In this document: one piece after another, positions 63,061 to 64,000 of the stretch
How positions within the stretch are numbered: position 1 is the stretch's first letter
How the letters are laid out: each line of letters opens with the position of its first letter
From: Rhizodiscina lignyota
Lineage: Eukaryota
DNA length: 64,000 bases
Direction of reading: 5' to 3'
Assembly (NCBI GenBank): GCA_010015805.1
Contig: ML978125.1
Span: forward strand, 1,302,001 to 1,366,000
Program-made: the position numbers and the translations under genes
The notes under the pieces: model-generated
Database searches by the model: none
Seen by the model: the letters and a program-made list of their open reading frames with translations, nothing else
Told to the model about the DNA's origin: nothing

Positions 63061-64000
63061 TTCAATTAGTATTCTTGCTTGATTAGCAGTTGGAGACAGA
63101 TCTATTTTCGTCGGTAATCCCGATATCCCGATATCTTTACTTGCTGGGATTCCGTTCGGTTTGTTGCTTATGCTCGAGCTTCTATGTGCTTGGAAACCTT
63201 ACGTCTTGTTTATTGCGCTCCCAATGCCGAAATGCAGTTCTACTTAGCCCCAAATCGTTCCTGATGATAATGACGTAGATCCACGCCAGTTGTGGATCGT
63301 AGAGTTGTGGAGACTATGCTTGATTTATAGCGGATATTCCAATGTCAACCTACTTTAGCTTTGCAATAAGCTTCTAACCAAGGTGAGATATTTCTTAGTT
63401 GGCGCAAATTGTATGACTGGATCCTGCGCTTATATGCATGCGCACCCTTCTCACAGGCAGACGTCTTGCCTGATATCCGAGCACTTGGTCAAATCAGCTC
63501 CGCGGACAATGCCCTCCCAGTCCCAGAAAGCTCAATGGTACAAAATTTTGCTCTTGCGCCGTGCGAGTTTCACAGTTATCTCTGACTTCTGAACAAGTCA
63601 GAAGACTTTCTAAGGTAGTGCGGTACCCCATGAATAGATTCCACTTAGTGTCAACCGCATCCTTCACCCGCGGTCGCACCCATGACATATAATTTCAAAA
63701 TGAACATAGAAACATCGGATCCTTTGAGTTCCCATACGTCAAATGAACTACTCGATTACCTGCCAGCGTATGACATAAGAAATGCAGACTCCAGGTTCTC
63801 CAATAGGCGATTCAATTCTGTACAACGTTTCAGTTTAAAGGAGTGCGACCATGTGCGGCCGCTTTGTGGGATCTTTGCCGAGGCCGGAAAAAGGTACGTC
63901 GCTGTCAGCTACGACAGTTCCACCAACAGTAAAAGAGGCACTAATTTAATGATGTTTCAATGATGGCTCATAGGGTTATTCTCCTTTGAGTAACAAAGCA

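Noticed and set aside
63682..63963. 93-aa ORF at the window end with a possible GTACGT donor
   Set aside because: No motif, and it is cut off by the window edge, so it cannot be supported as a gene.

Overview
Gene-dense filamentous ascomycete DNA with short GT-AG introns and CTRAC branch points; the exact lineage cannot be determined from sequence alone. About 25 protein-coding genes are supported. The housekeeping genes are MRM1, a Mit1/CHD remodeler, dihydroorotase, MRC1, mitochondrial SerRS, a Rad53/Chk2-type kinase and a cPLA2-like lipase. They surround an accessory and metabolic block at about 20-50 kb. The best lead is at 37.4-44.6 kb. It holds three HxxHC-motif (DUF3328/UstYa-type) oxidase genes around a tiny secreted-peptide gene missing from the ORF track (39010-39210, minus), followed by a DUF885 metallopeptidase-like gene. 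This is a candidate fungal RiPP (dikaritin-like) cluster, but its precursor is atypical: non-repetitive and without KR sites. Other leads are a mutarotase/alpha-galactosidase/Gal80-like trio, a divergent pair of beta-hydroxyacid dehydrogenases with an altered substrate motif, an NCS1/PuuE/amidase nitrogen-salvage trio with an apparent GG-AG intron, and decayed genes. No rRNA, tRNA, CRISPR or transposon was recognised. Exon boundaries were read by eye and family calls come from remembered motifs, not database searches.
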